A stretch of DNA of 64,000 nt from Pseudomonas aeruginosa PAO1 (GCF_000006765.1 NC_002516.2), one strand, 5' to 3'. Counted from the first letter of the stretch, positions 39,680 through 52,834 are shown. The notes: a model not told the origin generated them from the letters alone. A program made the numbers and translations.

Positions 39680-41158
39680 ATGCCGTTCCCTCTTCTCCAT
39701 CCCTGGCCGCAGCGATTGGCGCTGGCCTCGGCGATACTGCTGGCCGCCGGCTGCGTCACTTCCGAAGGCCTGGAACCGAACGCCCGACTGCAACCGGCAG
39801 GCGCCCTCCAGGCGGGCAGGAGCCTGGACGGCGTAGCCCTTTCACCAGCGGCCTGGCCGCGCCAGGACTGGTGGACCGGGCTCGGCGACCGGCAGCTCGA
39901 CCAACTGATCGGCGAAGCCCTGCAAGGCACCCCCGACCTGCAGATCGCCGAGGCGCGTGCGCGCCAGGCGGCGGCAACGGCCCAGGCGCAAGATGCCGCG
40001 CGCCAGCCGACGCTGGACGCCAAGGCCAGCTACTCCGGCATCCGCGCGCCGACCAGCGTGGCCCCGGCACCGCTCGGCGGTCGCTATTCGGCGATCAAGT
40101 ACCTGTCGCTCGGCTTCAACTACGACTTCGACCTCTGGGGCGGCGAGCGCGCCGCCTGGGAAGCCGCCCTCGGCCAGGCCAATGCCGCCCGGATCGACAG
40201 CCAGGCCGCGCGCATCGGCCTCTCGGCGAGCATCGCCCGCGCCTACAGCGACCTCGCCCACGCCTTTACCGTGCGCGATCTCGCCGAGGAAGAACTGAAG
40301 CGCTCGCAGCGCATGACCGAGCTGAGCCAGAAGCGCATGAGCGCCGGACTCGACAGCAAGGTCCAGCTGCAACAGACGCAGACCCAGCTGGCTACCGCCC
40401 GCCAGCAGCTCAGCGCCGCCGAGCAGGACATCGCCAGCGCCCGCATCGCCCTCGCCGTGCTGCTGGGCAAGGGGCCCGATCGCGGTCTCGAACTGCAGCG
40501 CCCGCAACCGCTGAACCCGGCCAGCCTGAGCCTGCCCTCGGTGCTCCCGGCGGAACTGCTCGGCCGCCGCGCCGACATCGTTGCCGCGCGCTGGCGGGTC
40601 GAGGCGGCGCGCCGCAACATCGACTCGGCGAAGACCGAGTTCTATCCCAACCTCAATCTCGGCGCGATGGCCGGCCTCGCCGCCCTGCACACCAGCGACG
40701 TGTTGCAGGCGCCGAGCCGCTTCTTCCAGGTGGCGCCGGCGATCTCCCTGCCGATCTTCGACGGTGGCCGCCGCCGCGCCAACCTGGCCGAACGCGACGC
40801 CGACTACGACCTGGCCGTCGGCCAGTACAACAAGACGCTGGTCCAGGCCCTCGGCGAGGTCAGCGACGACCTCGGCAAGTTGCGCTCCCTGGAGCAGCAG
40901 GTGATCGACCAGCGCCAGGCCCGCGATATCGCCAGGTCCAACTTCGACCTGGCCATGCGTCGCTACGGCGAAGGCGTCGGCAGCTACCTCGACGCCCTCA
41001 GCGTGCAACAGCAACTGCTGGTCGCCGAACGCCAGCTGGCCAGCCTGGAGAGCCAGCAGATCGATCTTTCCGTCCAGCTGGTCCAGGCCCTGGGCGGCGG
41101 TTTCCAACCCGATTCCCGCTCCGCTGCGCTCGCTACCGCGAAAGCGCCGGCAGAATGA
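39680..41158 (+). CDS. opmG: outer-membrane efflux lipoprotein (OprM/NodT family), OpmG
   Basis: Lipobox LAAGC, PAELLGRRADIVAA, LVQALGGGF. Confidence 0.85.
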   Translation: MPFPLLHPWPQRLALASAILLAAGCVTSEGLEPNARLQPAGALQAGRSLDGVALSPAAWPRQDWWTGLGDRQLDQLIGEALQGTPDLQIAEARARQAAATAQAQDAARQPTLDAKASYSGIRAPTSVAPAPLGGRYSAIKYLSLGFNYDFDLWGGERAAWEAALGQANAARIDSQAARIGLSASIARAYSDLAHAFTVRDLAEEELKRSQRMTELSQKRMSAGLDSKVQLQQTQTQLATARQQLSAAEQDIASARIALAVLLGKGPDRGLELQRPQPLNPASLSLPSVLPAELLGRRADIVAARWRVEAARRNIDSAKTEFYPNLNLGAMAGLAALHTSDVLQAPSRFFQVAPAISLPIFDGGRRRANLAERDADYDLAVGQYNKTLVQALGEVSDDLGKLRSLEQQVIDQRQARDIARSNFDLAMRRYGEGVGSYLDALSVQQQLLVAERQLASLESQQIDLSVQLVQALGGGFQPDSRSAALATAKAPAE

Positions 41159-41172
41159 ACGAGGCACCCACC

Positions 41173-42357
41173 ATGACTACCGCCAACAGCGAAACCCCTG
41201 CCGGCAACCCGAAGCGCAAGCGCTGGTTGCTGATCCTGCTCGCCATGATCGTCCTCGCCACCCTGGCCAGCGTGGCCTGGGAGTTCTTCTACGGCCGCTG
41301 GCACGAGGACACCGACGACGCCTACATCAACGGCAACGTGGTACAGATCACCCCGCAGATCGTCGGCACCGTGGTCAGCATCGGCGCCGACGACGGCGAC
41401 CTGGTGCGCAAGGGCCAGGAACTGGTCAGGTTCGATCCCAGCGACGCCGACATCGCCCTCCAACGCGCCGAGGCCAACCTGGCCCACACCGTGCGCCAGG
41501 TGCGCGGGCTGTTCAGCAACGTCGACGGCTATCGCGCCGAGGTCGCCACCCGCAAGGTCGCGCTGGCCAAGGCCGAGGCCGACTACAAGCGGCGCAAGAA
41601 CCTCGCAGACGACGGCGCCATTTCCCAGGAGGAACTGGCCCACGCCCGCGACGCCTTGGACAGCGCGAAAGCCTCGCTGACCAGCTCGGAACAGCAGTTG
41701 AACACCAATCGCGCGCTGGTCGACGACACCCAGATCACCTCCCATCCGGACGTCAAGGCCGCCGCCGCGCAACTGCGCCAGGCCTACCTGGACGACGCCC
41801 GCTCGACCATCGTCGCGCCGGTCACCGGCTACGTCGCCAAGCGCAGCGTACAAGTCGGCCAGCGCGTGCAACCGGGCAATGCGCTGATGGCCGTGGTCCC
41901 GCTGGACCAGATCTGGATCGACGCCAACTTCAAGGAAACCCAGCTCAAGCACATGCGTATCGGCCAGCCGGTGGAGATCCGCTCCGACCTCTACGGCAGC
42001 GACGTGCGCTACAGCGGCACCGTCGACAGCCTCGGCGTGGGCACCGGCAGCGCGTTCTCCCTGCTGCCGGCGCAGAACGCCACCGGCAACTGGATCAAGA
42101 TCGTCCAGCGGGTGCCGGTGCGCATCCATATCGATCCGCAAGAATTGCAGAAGCATCCGCTGCGCATCGGCCTGTCGATGGACGTCAAGGTCGACCTGCA
42201 TGACCAGAGCGGCCCGGCCCTGGCCCAGCAACCACCGCGCGAAGCGCTGTTCTCCACCGATGTCTACCAGCAGCAACTGGCCTCGGCCGACAAGCTGATC
42301 GAACGCCTGATCGAAGCCAACCTCGCCGAAGACCACGGCAAGACCGCCCAGCGTTGA
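41173..42357 (+). CDS. emrA: EmrA-family membrane fusion protein
   Basis: TDDAYING, ANFKETQL, FSLLPAQNATGNWIKIVQRVPV; alternative start 41155. Confidence 0.92.
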   Translation: MTTANSETPAGNPKRKRWLLILLAMIVLATLASVAWEFFYGRWHEDTDDAYINGNVVQITPQIVGTVVSIGADDGDLVRKGQELVRFDPSDADIALQRAEANLAHTVRQVRGLFSNVDGYRAEVATRKVALAKAEADYKRRKNLADDGAISQEELAHARDALDSAKASLTSSEQQLNTNRALVDDTQITSHPDVKAAAAQLRQAYLDDARSTIVAPVTGYVAKRSVQVGQRVQPGNALMAVVPLDQIWIDANFKETQLKHMRIGQPVEIRSDLYGSDVRYSGTVDSLGVGTGSAFSLLPAQNATGNWIKIVQRVPVRIHIDPQELQKHPLRIGLSMDVKVDLHDQSGPALAQQPPREALFSTDVYQQQLASADKLIERLIEANLAEDHGKTAQR

Positions 42358-42367
42358 GCCTGCCAGC

Positions 42368-43897
42368 ATGAGCGAAAGCAGCAGCTTCTCCCCGCCCAGC
42401 CTGGTGATGGCGACCATCGGCCTGTCCCTGGCGACTTTCATGCAGGTGCTCGACACCACCATCGCCAACGTCGCCCTGCCGACCATCTCCGGCAACCTCG
42501 GGGTAAGTTCGGAACAGGGCACCTGGGTGATCACCTCGTTCGCCGTGAGCAACGCCATCGCCCTGCCGCTGACCGGCTGGCTGGCCCGGCGGGTCGGCGA
42601 GGTGCGCCTGTTCATCGCCGCCACGCTGCTGTTCGTACTCGCCTCGTTCCTCTGCGGCATCGCCCAGTCGATGCCTTCTCTGGTCGGCTTCCGCGCCTTG
42701 CAGGGCTTCGTCGCCGGGCCGCTGTATCCGATCACCCAGACCCTGCTGATCTCCATCTACCCACCGGCGAAGCGCGGCATGGCCCTGGCCCTGCTGGCGA
42801 TGGTCACGGTGGTGGCGCCGATCGCCGGGCCGATCCTCGGCGGCTGGATCACCGACGACTACAGCTGGCCGTGGATTTTCTTCATCAACGTGCCGGTCGG
42901 CCTGTTCGCCGCTTTCGTCGTCTACCAGCAACTGAAGGCACGCCCGGTGGTGATCAAGAAGGCGCCGATGGACTACGTCGGCCTGATCGCCCTGGTGGTC
43001 GGCGTCGGCGCCCTGCAGATCGTCCTCGACAAGGGCAACGACCTGGACTGGTTCGAGTCGAACTTCATCGTCGGCGGCGCGCTGATCGCGGCGATCGCCC
43101 TGGCCTTCTTCATCATCTGGGAATTCACCGACCGCCATCCGATCGTCAACCTGCGCCTGTTCGCCCACCGCAACTTCGCCGCCGGCACCCTGGCGCTGGT
43201 GCTGGGCTATGCCGCGTTCTTCGGCATCAACCTGCTGCTCCCGCAATGGCTACAGACCCAGATGGGCTACACCGCCACCTGGGCCGGGCTGGCCGCCGCG
43301 CCAATCGGCATCCTCCCGGTGTTCCTCTCGCCGCTGGTCGGCCGCTACGCCAACCATTTCGACCTACGCATGCTCGCCGGCCTGTCGTTCCTGGCGATGG
43401 CAATCACCTGCTTCATGCGGGCCAACTTCACCACCGAGGTCGACTACCAGCACATCGCCATCGTGCAGTTGATCATGGGGCTCGGCGTGGCGTTCTTCTT
43501 CATGCCGATCCTGAGCATCCTGCTCTCCGACCTGCCCCCCGACCAGATCGCCGACGGCTCCGGCCTGGCCACCTTCCTGCGCACCCTCGGCGGCAGCTTC
43601 GCCGCCTCGCTGACCACCTGGATCTGGCACCGCCGCGCCACCCAGCACCACGCCTACCTCAGCGAAAACATCAGCCTCTACGACCCGGCCACCCACGAAA
43701 CCCTCGCCCAGCTCGGCGGCAACACCCAGGCGAACGCGGCGCTGCTCGACCGGATGGTGCAGAGCCAGGCCTACATGATGTCCACCATCGACTACTTCAC
43801 CATGCTCGGCTGGCTGTTCCTCGCCCTGCTGGTGATCATCTGGCTGGCCCGCCCGCCGTTCGGCGCCAAGCCCGGCGCGGCCGCCTCCGGGCACTGA
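42368..43897 (+). CDS. emrB: EmrB-family DHA2 MFS efflux transporter
   Basis: MQVLDTTIANVALP, GPILGGWITDDYSWPWIFFINVP. Confidence 0.93.
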   Translation: MSESSSFSPPSLVMATIGLSLATFMQVLDTTIANVALPTISGNLGVSSEQGTWVITSFAVSNAIALPLTGWLARRVGEVRLFIAATLLFVLASFLCGIAQSMPSLVGFRALQGFVAGPLYPITQTLLISIYPPAKRGMALALLAMVTVVAPIAGPILGGWITDDYSWPWIFFINVPVGLFAAFVVYQQLKARPVVIKKAPMDYVGLIALVVGVGALQIVLDKGNDLDWFESNFIVGGALIAAIALAFFIIWEFTDRHPIVNLRLFAHRNFAAGTLALVLGYAAFFGINLLLPQWLQTQMGYTATWAGLAAAPIGILPVFLSPLVGRYANHFDLRMLAGLSFLAMAITCFMRANFTTEVDYQHIAIVQLIMGLGVAFFFMPILSILLSDLPPDQIADGSGLATFLRTLGGSFAASLTTWIWHRRATQHHAYLSENISLYDPATHETLAQLGGNTQANAALLDRMVQSQAYMMSTIDYFTMLGWLFLALLVIIWLARPPFGAKPGAAASGH

Positions 43898-43930
43898 GGA
43901 CGAACGGCATTCGGGCAGGAAAATCAGTGG

Positions 43931-43958
43931 TTTACTCCTGGCGGCGGCTGGCTATAAT
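43931..43958 (+). promoter_or_regulatory. sigma70 promoter of tRNA-Thr
   Basis: TTTACT-N16-TATAAT. Confidence 0.8.
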
Positions 43959-43970
43959 GTCGCCCTCTTC

Positions 43971-44046
<76 letters not shown>

Positions 44047-44055
44047 TGAATCCCG

Positions 44056-44083
44056 AAAAGCCCCGCCTCGCGCGGGGCTTTTT
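44056..44083 (+). terminator. terminator after tRNA-Thr
   Basis: AAAAGCCCCGC-CTCGC-GCGGGGCTTTTT. Confidence 0.88.
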
Positions 44084-44280
44084 GTTTTATCCTGCTTCCT
44101 TTCTACCCAGTGATGGCACTTCGAATAGAATGCCGGGTCAGATGCACCTACCAGATCTGGGGTTGGCAGGATCGCCATTTTTCCCGTACTAATCGTCGTC
44201 TTCACGATCGATTGGTACACCTTGGCGGGACGTGTCGAAGCAGCCCTACGGACAACCACTGCTTGAACAAGGTATGACTC

Positions 44281-45339
44281 ATGACGATTCTCGTGACCGG
44301 CAGCGCCGGCTTCATCGGCGCCAATTTCGTGCTCGACTGGCTGGCCCTGCATGACGAGCCGGTGGTCAGCCTCGACAAGCTCACCTACGCCGGCAACCGG
44401 CAGAACCTCGCCAGCCTCGACGGCGACGCCCGGCACACCTTCGTCGCCGGCGATATCGGCGATAGCCAGCTGGTAGCCCGCCTGCTCGCCGAGCACCAGC
44501 CGCGGGCGATCCTCAACTTCGCCGCGGAATCCCATGTGGACCGCTCGATCCACGGCCCCGAGGACTTCATCCAGACCAACATCGTCGGCACCTTCCGCCT
44601 GCTGGAAGAAGTGCGCGCCTACTGGGGCGCGCTGGAGCCGGAAGCGAAGGCGGCATTCCGCTTCCTCCACGTCTCCACCGACGAAGTCTATGGCTCGCTG
44701 GCACCGAGCGATCCGGCCTTCACCGAGAACAACCGCTACGAGCCGAACAGTCCCTACTCGGCGTCCAAGGCGGCCTCCGACCACCTAGTGCGGGCCTATC
44801 ACCACACCTATGGGCTGCCGGTGCTGACCACCAACTGCTCGAACAACTACGGCCCGTACCACTTCCCGGAAAAGCTCATCCCACTGGTGATCCACAACGC
44901 CCTGGCCGGCAAGCCGCTGCCGATCTACGGCGACGGCCAGCAGATCCGCGACTGGCTCTACGTCAAGGACCATTGCAGCGCCATCCGCCGGGTCCTCGAA
45001 GCCGGGCAACTGGGCGAGACCTACAATGTCGGCGGCTGGAACGAAAAGGCCAACCTCGACGTGGTCGAGACCCTCTGCGCCATCCTCGACCAGGAGCAGC
45101 CGCGCGCCGACGGCCGCAGCTATCGCGAGCAGATCACCTTCGTCAAGGATCGTCCGGGCCATGATCGCCGCTACGCCATCGATGCCACGCGCCTGGAGCG
45201 CGAGCTGGGCTGGAAGCCGGCGGAAACCTTCGAGACCGGCATCCGCAAGACCGTGCGCTGGTACCTGGACAACCAGGACTGGGTGGCCAACGTAACCAGC
45301 GGTGCCTACCGCGAGTGGGTGGGTAAGCAGTACGCATGA
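44281..45339 (+). CDS. rmlB: dTDP-glucose 4,6-dehydratase
   Basis: [33 protein letters not shown]. Confidence 0.98.
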   Translation: MTILVTGSAGFIGANFVLDWLALHDEPVVSLDKLTYAGNRQNLASLDGDARHTFVAGDIGDSQLVARLLAEHQPRAILNFAAESHVDRSIHGPEDFIQTNIVGTFRLLEEVRAYWGALEPEAKAAFRFLHVSTDEVYGSLAPSDPAFTENNRYEPNSPYSASKAASDHLVRAYHHTYGLPVLTTNCSNNYGPYHFPEKLIPLVIHNALAGKPLPIYGDGQQIRDWLYVKDHCSAIRRVLEAGQLGETYNVGGWNEKANLDVVETLCAILDQEQPRADGRSYREQITFVKDRPGHDRRYAIDATRLERELGWKPAETFETGIRKTVRWYLDNQDWVANVTSGAYREWVGKQYA

Positions 45340-46244
45340 ACCGGATCCTTCTCCTCGGCGCCAACGGCCAGGTCGGCTGGGAGCTGCAGCGCGCCCTGGC
45401 GCCGCTGGGCGAACTGCTGGTCTGTGACCGTCGGCGCGCCGATCTCGCCGACCCCGAAGGCCTGGCGCGACTGGTTCGCGCCGAGCGGCCGCAGTTCATC
45501 GTCAACGCCGGTGCCTACACCGCGGTGGACAAGGCCGAGAGCGATGCCGACAACGCCCGCCTGATCAATGCCCGCGCCGTCGCGGTACTGGCCGAGGAGG
45601 CCGCGGCCTGCGGCGCCTGGCTGGTGCATTACTCCACCGACTACGTGTTCGACGGCGCGGGCAGCGTGCCTTTCGCCGAGGACGCGCCGACCGGCCCGCT
45701 GAGCGTCTACGGGCAGACCAAGCTGGAAGGCGAGCAGGCCATCCGCGCCAGCGGCTGCCGCCACCTGATCTTCCGCACCAGCTGGGTCTACGCCGCGCGC
45801 GGCGGAAACTTCGCCAAGACCATGCTGCGCCTGGCCGGGCAACGCGACGAACTCAAGGTCGTGGCCGACCAGTTCGGCGCGCCCACCAGCGCCGAGCTGA
45901 TCGCCGACGTCACCGCCCAGGCCCTGCAGCGCCTGTGCTGGGATGTCGAGCTGGCAGCACGGGCCAGCGGCACCTACCACCTGGTCGCCAGCGGCGAGAC
46001 GTCCTGGCACCTCTATGCGCGCTTCGTCATCGAACAGGCGCTGGAGCGGGGCTGGGAGTTGCAGGCGACGCCGCAGCGGGTCCTGCCGATCGCCACCGAG
46101 GACTACCCGGTGCCGGCGAAGCGTCCGGCCAATTCGCGCCTCGACAACCGCAAGCTGCAACAGGTCTTCGGCCTGGTACTGCCAGACTGGCGCTACCATG
46201 CCGGACGCATGATCCAGGAACTGAGCGAGCAGGGACCACTATGA
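45336..46244 (+). CDS. rmlD: dTDP-4-dehydrorhamnose reductase
   Basis: [25 protein letters not shown]. Confidence 0.97.
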   Translation: MNRILLLGANGQVGWELQRALAPLGELLVCDRRRADLADPEGLARLVRAERPQFIVNAGAYTAVDKAESDADNARLINARAVAVLAEEAAACGAWLVHYSTDYVFDGAGSVPFAEDAPTGPLSVYGQTKLEGEQAIRASGCRHLIFRTSWVYAARGGNFAKTMLRLAGQRDELKVVADQFGAPTSAELIADVTAQALQRLCWDVELAARASGTYHLVASGETSWHLYARFVIEQALERGWELQATPQRVLPIATEDYPVPAKRPANSRLDNRKLQQVFGLVLPDWRYHAGRMIQELSEQGPL

Positions 46245-47122
46245 AACGCAAGGGCATCATCCTCGCCGGAGGCTCGGGCACCCGCCTGCACCCGGCAACG
46301 CTGGCCATCTCCAAGCAGTTGCTGCCGGTGTACGACAAGCCGATGATCTACTACCCGCTCAGTACCCTGATGCTGGCGGGCATCCGCGAGATACTGATCA
46401 TCTCGACCCCACAGGACACCCCACGCTTCCAGCAGTTGCTGGGCGACGGTTCGAACTGGGGCCTGGACCTGCAATATGCCGTGCAACCGTCGCCGGACGG
46501 CCTGGCCCAGGCCTTCCTGATCGGCGAGTCGTTCATCGGCAACGACCTCAGCGCGCTGGTCCTGGGCGACAACCTCTATTACGGCCACGACTTCCACGAG
46601 TTGCTCGGCAGCGCTTCGCAGCGCCAGACCGGCGCCAGTGTCTTCGCCTACCACGTGCTGGACCCGGAGCGCTACGGCGTGGTCGAGTTCGACCAGGGCG
46701 GCAAGGCCATCAGCCTGGAAGAGAAGCCACTGGAGCCGAAGTCGAACTACGCGGTCACCGGCCTGTATTTCTACGACCAGCAGGTGGTGGACATCGCCAG
46801 GGACCTGAAGCCTTCGCCGCGCGGCGAGCTGGAGATCACCGACGTCAACCGCGCCTATCTGGAGCGCGGCCAGCTCAGCGTGGAGATCATGGGCCGCGGC
46901 TACGCCTGGCTGGATACCGGCACCCACGATTCGCTGCTCGAGGCCGGCCAGTTCATCGCCACCCTGGAGAACCGCCAGGGTCTCAAGGTGGCCTGCCCGG
47001 AAGAGATCGCCTACCGGCAGAAGTGGATCGACGCCGCGCAACTGGAAAAACTCGCCGCGCCGCTGGCCAAGAACGGCTACGGCCAATACCTCAAGCGCCT
47101 GCTGACCGAGACCGTGTACTGA
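46241..47122 (+). CDS. rmlA: glucose-1-phosphate thymidylyltransferase
   Basis: [30 protein letters not shown]. Confidence 0.98.
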
Positions 47123-47667
47123 TGAAAGCGACCCGCCTGGCAATTCCCGACGTCATCCTCTTCGAACCCCGGGTGTTCGGCGACGATCGCGGATTCTTCT
47201 TCGAAAGCTACAACCAGCGCGCCTTCGAGGAAGCCTGCGGTCATCCGGTCAGCTTCGTCCAGGACAACCATTCGCGTTCCGCCCGTGGCGTCCTCCGCGG
47301 CCTGCACTACCAGATCCGGCAAGCCCAGGGAAAACTGGTGCGCGCCACTCTCGGCGAGGTATTCGACGTGGCCGTCGACCTGCGTCGCGGCTCGCCGACC
47401 TTCGGCCAGTGGGTAGGCGAACGCCTGAGCGCGGAGAACAAGCGCCAGATGTGGATTCCGGCCGGCTTCGCGCACGGCTTCGTGGTGCTCAGCGAATACG
47501 CCGAGTTCCTCTACAAGACCACCGACTTCTGGGCGCCGGAACACGAACGCTGCATCGTCTGGAACGATCCCGAGCTGAAGATCGACTGGCCGCTGCAGGA
47601 TGCCCCCCTGCTTTCGGAGAAGGACCGCCAGGGCAAGGCATTCGCCGACGCCGACTGCTTCCCCTGA
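47122..47667 (+). CDS. rmlC: dTDP-4-dehydrorhamnose 3,5-epimerase
   Basis: DDRGFFFE, QDNHSRS, GFAHGF. Confidence 0.98.
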   Translation: MKATRLAIPDVILFEPRVFGDDRGFFFESYNQRAFEEACGHPVSFVQDNHSRSARGVLRGLHYQIRQAQGKLVRATLGEVFDVAVDLRRGSPTFGQWVGERLSAENKRQMWIPAGFAHGFVVLSEYAEFLYKTTDFWAPEHERCIVWNDPELKIDWPLQDAPLLSEKDRQGKAFADADCFP

Positions 47668-47726
47668 ACGGCAGGGAGCGACCGGACTCGGCGCAAGGCG
47701 TGATAATTTAGGGCATCCCGTCCGGG

Positions 47727-49565
47727 ATGCCCCGGATACTCGCAGCCACGGCAGGTTCGTTCGTCTTGAAAGCCTATTTCCATCGCTGGCGCTCGCTGGT
47801 CATCCTCGCCCTGCTTCTCGCGCCGCTGCTCTGGCCCCTGCAATATTTCGCCGAGCGCTACTACAGCGAGCAGTTGGCCGAGCAGAACCGCCAGACGCTC
47901 GACCTCTACGTCGCCAACCTGCTCGGCACGCTGCGCCGCTACGAAGAACTGCCGCAGATCCTCGGCGGCCTGCCGGTGCTGCGCCAGGCCCTGCAACAAC
48001 CTGGCGACCCGCTGCTGCAGAAGATCGCCAACGAGGCGCTGGCCGACATCCGCCGACGCACCGGCGCCGACGTGATCTACCTGCTGCAACCGGACGGCAC
48101 CACCCAGGTCGCCTCCAACTGGGCCCAGGCGGACAGTTTCGTCCACCGCAACTTCGCCTTCCGCCCCTATTATCGCGAGGCCATGCAGGGCCGCCTGGCG
48201 CGCTTCTTCGGCCTGGGCACCACCTCGATCAAGCGCGGCTACTACTTCGCCAGCGCGGTGAAGGAAGGCTCGCGGATCATCGGCGTGCTGGTGGTGAAGG
48301 TCGATCTCGAACACATCGAACGGCTCTGGGGCAATTCCCCGGAGCAACTGCTGGTGATAGACAACTACGGCGTGGTGATCCTCTCCTCCCGCGAGGATTG
48401 GCGCTTCCATGCCAGTCGGCCGCTGAGCGCGGCGGAGCGCGACGAGATCCACGCCAACATCCCCTACCCGGTGCAGGACCCGAAGCCCCTGCGCCTGCAG
48501 CAGAGCGCCTGGCTCAGCCAGAGCCGGACGCTACCGGAAACCGGCTGGACGGTGAGCATCTACGCCCCCCGCACCCTCATCGAACGGCCGGTGCGCAGCG
48601 TCCTGCTGATCGGCGGCGCGACCCTGCTCGCCCTGCTCCTGCTGCTTACCCTGCTGACCCTCAGCCGCCGTCACTACCTGGACCGCATCGCTCTCGAGGC
48701 CGAGGCCAAGCGCCAGTTGGAAGAGCGCGTACTGGAACGCACCCGCGAGCTGGAGAACGCCAACGCGCAGTTGCAGCAGGAAGTCCACGAACGCGAGCAG
48801 GCCCAGCGCGAGCTGATGCGCGCCCAGGACGAAGTGGTCCAGGCCGGCAAGCTCACGGCCCTCGGCACCATGTCGGCGAGCATCAGCCACGAACTCAACC
48901 AGCCGCTGGCGGCGATCCGCAGCTACGCCGACAACGCCCGGGTGCTGCTCGACCACCAGCGCACCGAGGACGCCCGCGGCAATCTCGAGCAGATCAGCGA
49001 CCTCACCACCCGCATGGCCTCGATCATCGCCCACCTCAAGGCCTATGCCCGCGGTGCGCGCCGGGCGCCGGAGAACGTGCAGTTGCAGCCGGCGATCGAG
49101 GACGCCCTGTCGATGGTGGCCAGCCGGCGGCGGGCGATGAACGTCGAACTGCTGCGCGACGTGCCGGACGCCCCGCTGTGGGTCCAGGCCGGCGAGACCC
49201 GCTTGCGGCAGATCCTCGGCAACCTGCTCACCAATGCCCTCGACGCGCTCGCCGAGAAAGCTCCGCCGCGGCGCCTGTGGGTAATCGCCAGCCAGGACCA
49301 GCACGGCGTGACCCTGACTCTGCGCGACAACGGCCCGGGGTTTTCCGAGGACGCCCTGGCCCACGCCCACGAACCCTTCTTCACCACCAAGACCACCGCC
49401 AAAGGGCTCGGCCTCGGCCTGGCCATCTGCGATAACCTATTGCGCGCCCTCGGCGGCCGCCTGGAAATGGGCAACCATCTCGAAGGCGGCGCCGTGGTGC
49501 GCCTGCACTTGCTGCCGGGAGTTCCCGGCGTCGCCGCCATGCCCCAGGAGGAAACCCGCGCATGA
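47727..49565 (+). CDS. dctB: C4-dicarboxylate sensor histidine kinase
   Basis: Periplasmic Cache domain (NFAFRPYY, RGYYF), SISHELNQPL, GLGLGLAI. Confidence 0.95.
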   Translation: MPRILAATAGSFVLKAYFHRWRSLVILALLLAPLLWPLQYFAERYYSEQLAEQNRQTLDLYVANLLGTLRRYEELPQILGGLPVLRQALQQPGDPLLQKIANEALADIRRRTGADVIYLLQPDGTTQVASNWAQADSFVHRNFAFRPYYREAMQGRLARFFGLGTTSIKRGYYFASAVKEGSRIIGVLVVKVDLEHIERLWGNSPEQLLVIDNYGVVILSSREDWRFHASRPLSAAERDEIHANIPYPVQDPKPLRLQQSAWLSQSRTLPETGWTVSIYAPRTLIERPVRSVLLIGGATLLALLLLLTLLTLSRRHYLDRIALEAEAKRQLEERVLERTRELENANAQLQQEVHEREQAQRELMRAQDEVVQAGKLTALGTMSASISHELNQPLAAIRSYADNARVLLDHQRTEDARGNLEQISDLTTRMASIIAHLKAYARGARRAPENVQLQPAIEDALSMVASRRRAMNVELLRDVPDAPLWVQAGETRLRQILGNLLTNALDALAEKAPPRRLWVIASQDQHGVTLTLRDNGPGFSEDALAHAHEPFFTTKTTAKGLGLGLAICDNLLRALGGRLEMGNHLEGGAVVRLHLLPGVPGVAAMPQEETRA

Positions 49566-50919
49566 GTCCCTTCGCGCCATTCGATGCCCAGACCCAGGTC
49601 CTGCTGATCGACGACGATCCGCACCTGCGCCAGGCCCTGCGCCAGACGCTCGACCTCGCCGGGCTCAAGGTCGCGACCCTGGACGACGCGCGCCAGTTGG
49701 ATACCGCGCAGTGCAAGGACTGGCCCGGGGTGGTGGTCAGCGACATCCGCATGCCCGGCATCGATGGCATGGAACTGCTCCGCCAATTGCACGAACAGGA
49801 CGCCGACCTGCCGGTGATCCTGATCACCGGCCACGGCGACGTGCCGCTGGCGGTCCAGGCCATGCGCGGCGGCGCCTATGACTTCCTGGAAAAGCCCTTC
49901 CCCAGCGACGCCCTGCTCGACAGCGTGCGCCGCGCCCTGGAGGTGCGCCGGCTGGTCCTGGAGAACCGCACCCTGCGCCTGGCCCTGGCCGAACGCCACG
50001 AGCTGCATGGGCGCCTGATCGGACGCTCGGCCGGCATGCAGCGCCTGCGCGAGCAGGTCGGCTCGCTGGCGGCGATCCAGGCCGACGTGCTGGTCCTTGG
50101 CGAAACCGGCGCCGGCAAGGAGGTGGTCGCGCGGGCCCTGCATGACCTGTCGAGCAGACGCGACGGACCGTTCGTCGCGATCAACGCCGGCGCCCTCGCC
50201 GAATCGGTGGTGGAAAGCGAACTGTTCGGTCACGAGGCCGGCGCCTTCACCGGCGCGCAGAAGCGCCGCATCGGCAAGTTCGAGTACGCCAATGGCGGCA
50301 CCCTGTTCCTCGACGAGATCGAGAGCATGAGCCTGGACGTGCAGGTCAAGCTGTTGCGCCTGCTGCAGGAACGGGTAGTCGAGCGGCTCGGCTCCAACCA
50401 GTTGATCCCGCTGGATATCCGCATCATCGCGGCAACCAAGGAAGACCTGCGCCAGGCCGCCGACCAGGGCCGCTTCCGCGCCGACCTCTATTACCGCCTC
50501 AACGTCGCCAGCCTGCGCATTCCACCGCTGCGCGAGCGCGGCGAAGACATCCCGCTGCTGTTCCGCCATTTCGCCGAAGCCGGCGCCATGCGTCATGGCC
50601 TGACGCCACGCGAACTGGACGCCGGCCAGTCGGCGCGGCTGCTGGCCTACGACTGGCCGGGCAACGTGCGCGAATTGCAGAACGCCGCCGAGCGCTTCGC
50701 CCTGGGTCTCGGCCTGAGCCTGGACGACGGAGTCCTGCCCGACGCCGCCGACGAGCCGCACAACCTCAGCGCCAAGGTCGAGGCCTTCGAGCGCTCGCTG
50801 ATCGCTGCCGAACTGGAACGCCCGCACAATTCGCTGCGCAGCGTCGCCGAGGCCCTCGGTATCCCGCGCAAGACCCTGCACGACAAGCTGCGCAAGCACG
50901 GCCTGCCGTTCAACACACC

Positions 50920-52186
<1,267 letters not shown>

Positions 52187-52201
52187 GAAGAGGGAAAGCC
52201 C

Positions 52202-52834
52202 ATGCACGCGCTCGCGCGCGTCTGGGCGCGCCTGGAGGAAGGCCTGATCGCCTTCCTCCTCGCCGCCATGACGCTGGTTACCTTCGTTTATGTAGTCCTC
52301 AATAACCTCTATACGCTGCTCTACGATCTCGCCGATCTCTGGGAGGGCGGCAACGAGACGCTGCTCGCCATCGGCGATGGGGTCCTCACCCTGGCCCAGG
52401 AGATGACCTGGAGCAACGCCCTGACCAAGGCCCTGTTCGCCTGGCTGATCTTCCTCGGCATCGCCTACGGCGTACGCACCGCCGGGCACCTCGGCGTGGA
52501 CGTGCTGGTGAAGCTGGCCTCGCGACCGGTACAGCGCGTGCTCGGCGTGATCGCCTGCCTGGCCTGCCTCGGCTACGCCGGCCTGCTCTGCGTGGCCAGC
52601 TATGACTGGGTGAAGACCCTGTTCATCGCCGGCATCGGCGCCGAGGACCTCGACCACTTCGGCATCCGCCAATGGCACATCGGCCTGATCGTGCCGGTCG
52701 GCTTCGCCCTGGTGTTCATCCGTTTCGCCGAGATCCTCGTGCGCATCCTGCGCAACCGCCAGACCGGACTGGGACTGGCCGACGAGGCTGCCGACGCGCT
52801 GAAGCTGACCGAGCACGAGGAGCCCAAGGCATGA
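52202..52834 (+). CDS. dctQ: TRAP small permease
   Basis: Four TM segments, YGVRTAGHLGVD. Confidence 0.94.
   Translation: MHALARVWARLEEGLIAFLLAAMTLVTFVYVVLNNLYTLLYDLADLWEGGNETLLAIGDGVLTLAQEMTWSNALTKALFAWLIFLGIAYGVRTAGHLGVDVLVKLASRPVQRVLGVIACLACLGYAGLLCVASYDWVKTLFIAGIGAEDLDHFGIRQWHIGLIVPVGFALVFIRFAEILVRILRNRQTGLGLADEAADALKLTEHEEPKA

Noticed and set aside
39166-42357. 1063-aa ORF suggesting a fused efflux protein
   Set aside because: Only the last 394 aa are EmrA; the upstream part is an off-frame read-through over marR and opmG, which are intact in other frames
44220-44235. ops/JUMPstart-like GGCGGGACGTG upstream of rmlB
   Set aside because: Poor match to GGCGGTAG, and the rest of the JUMPstart sequence is absent
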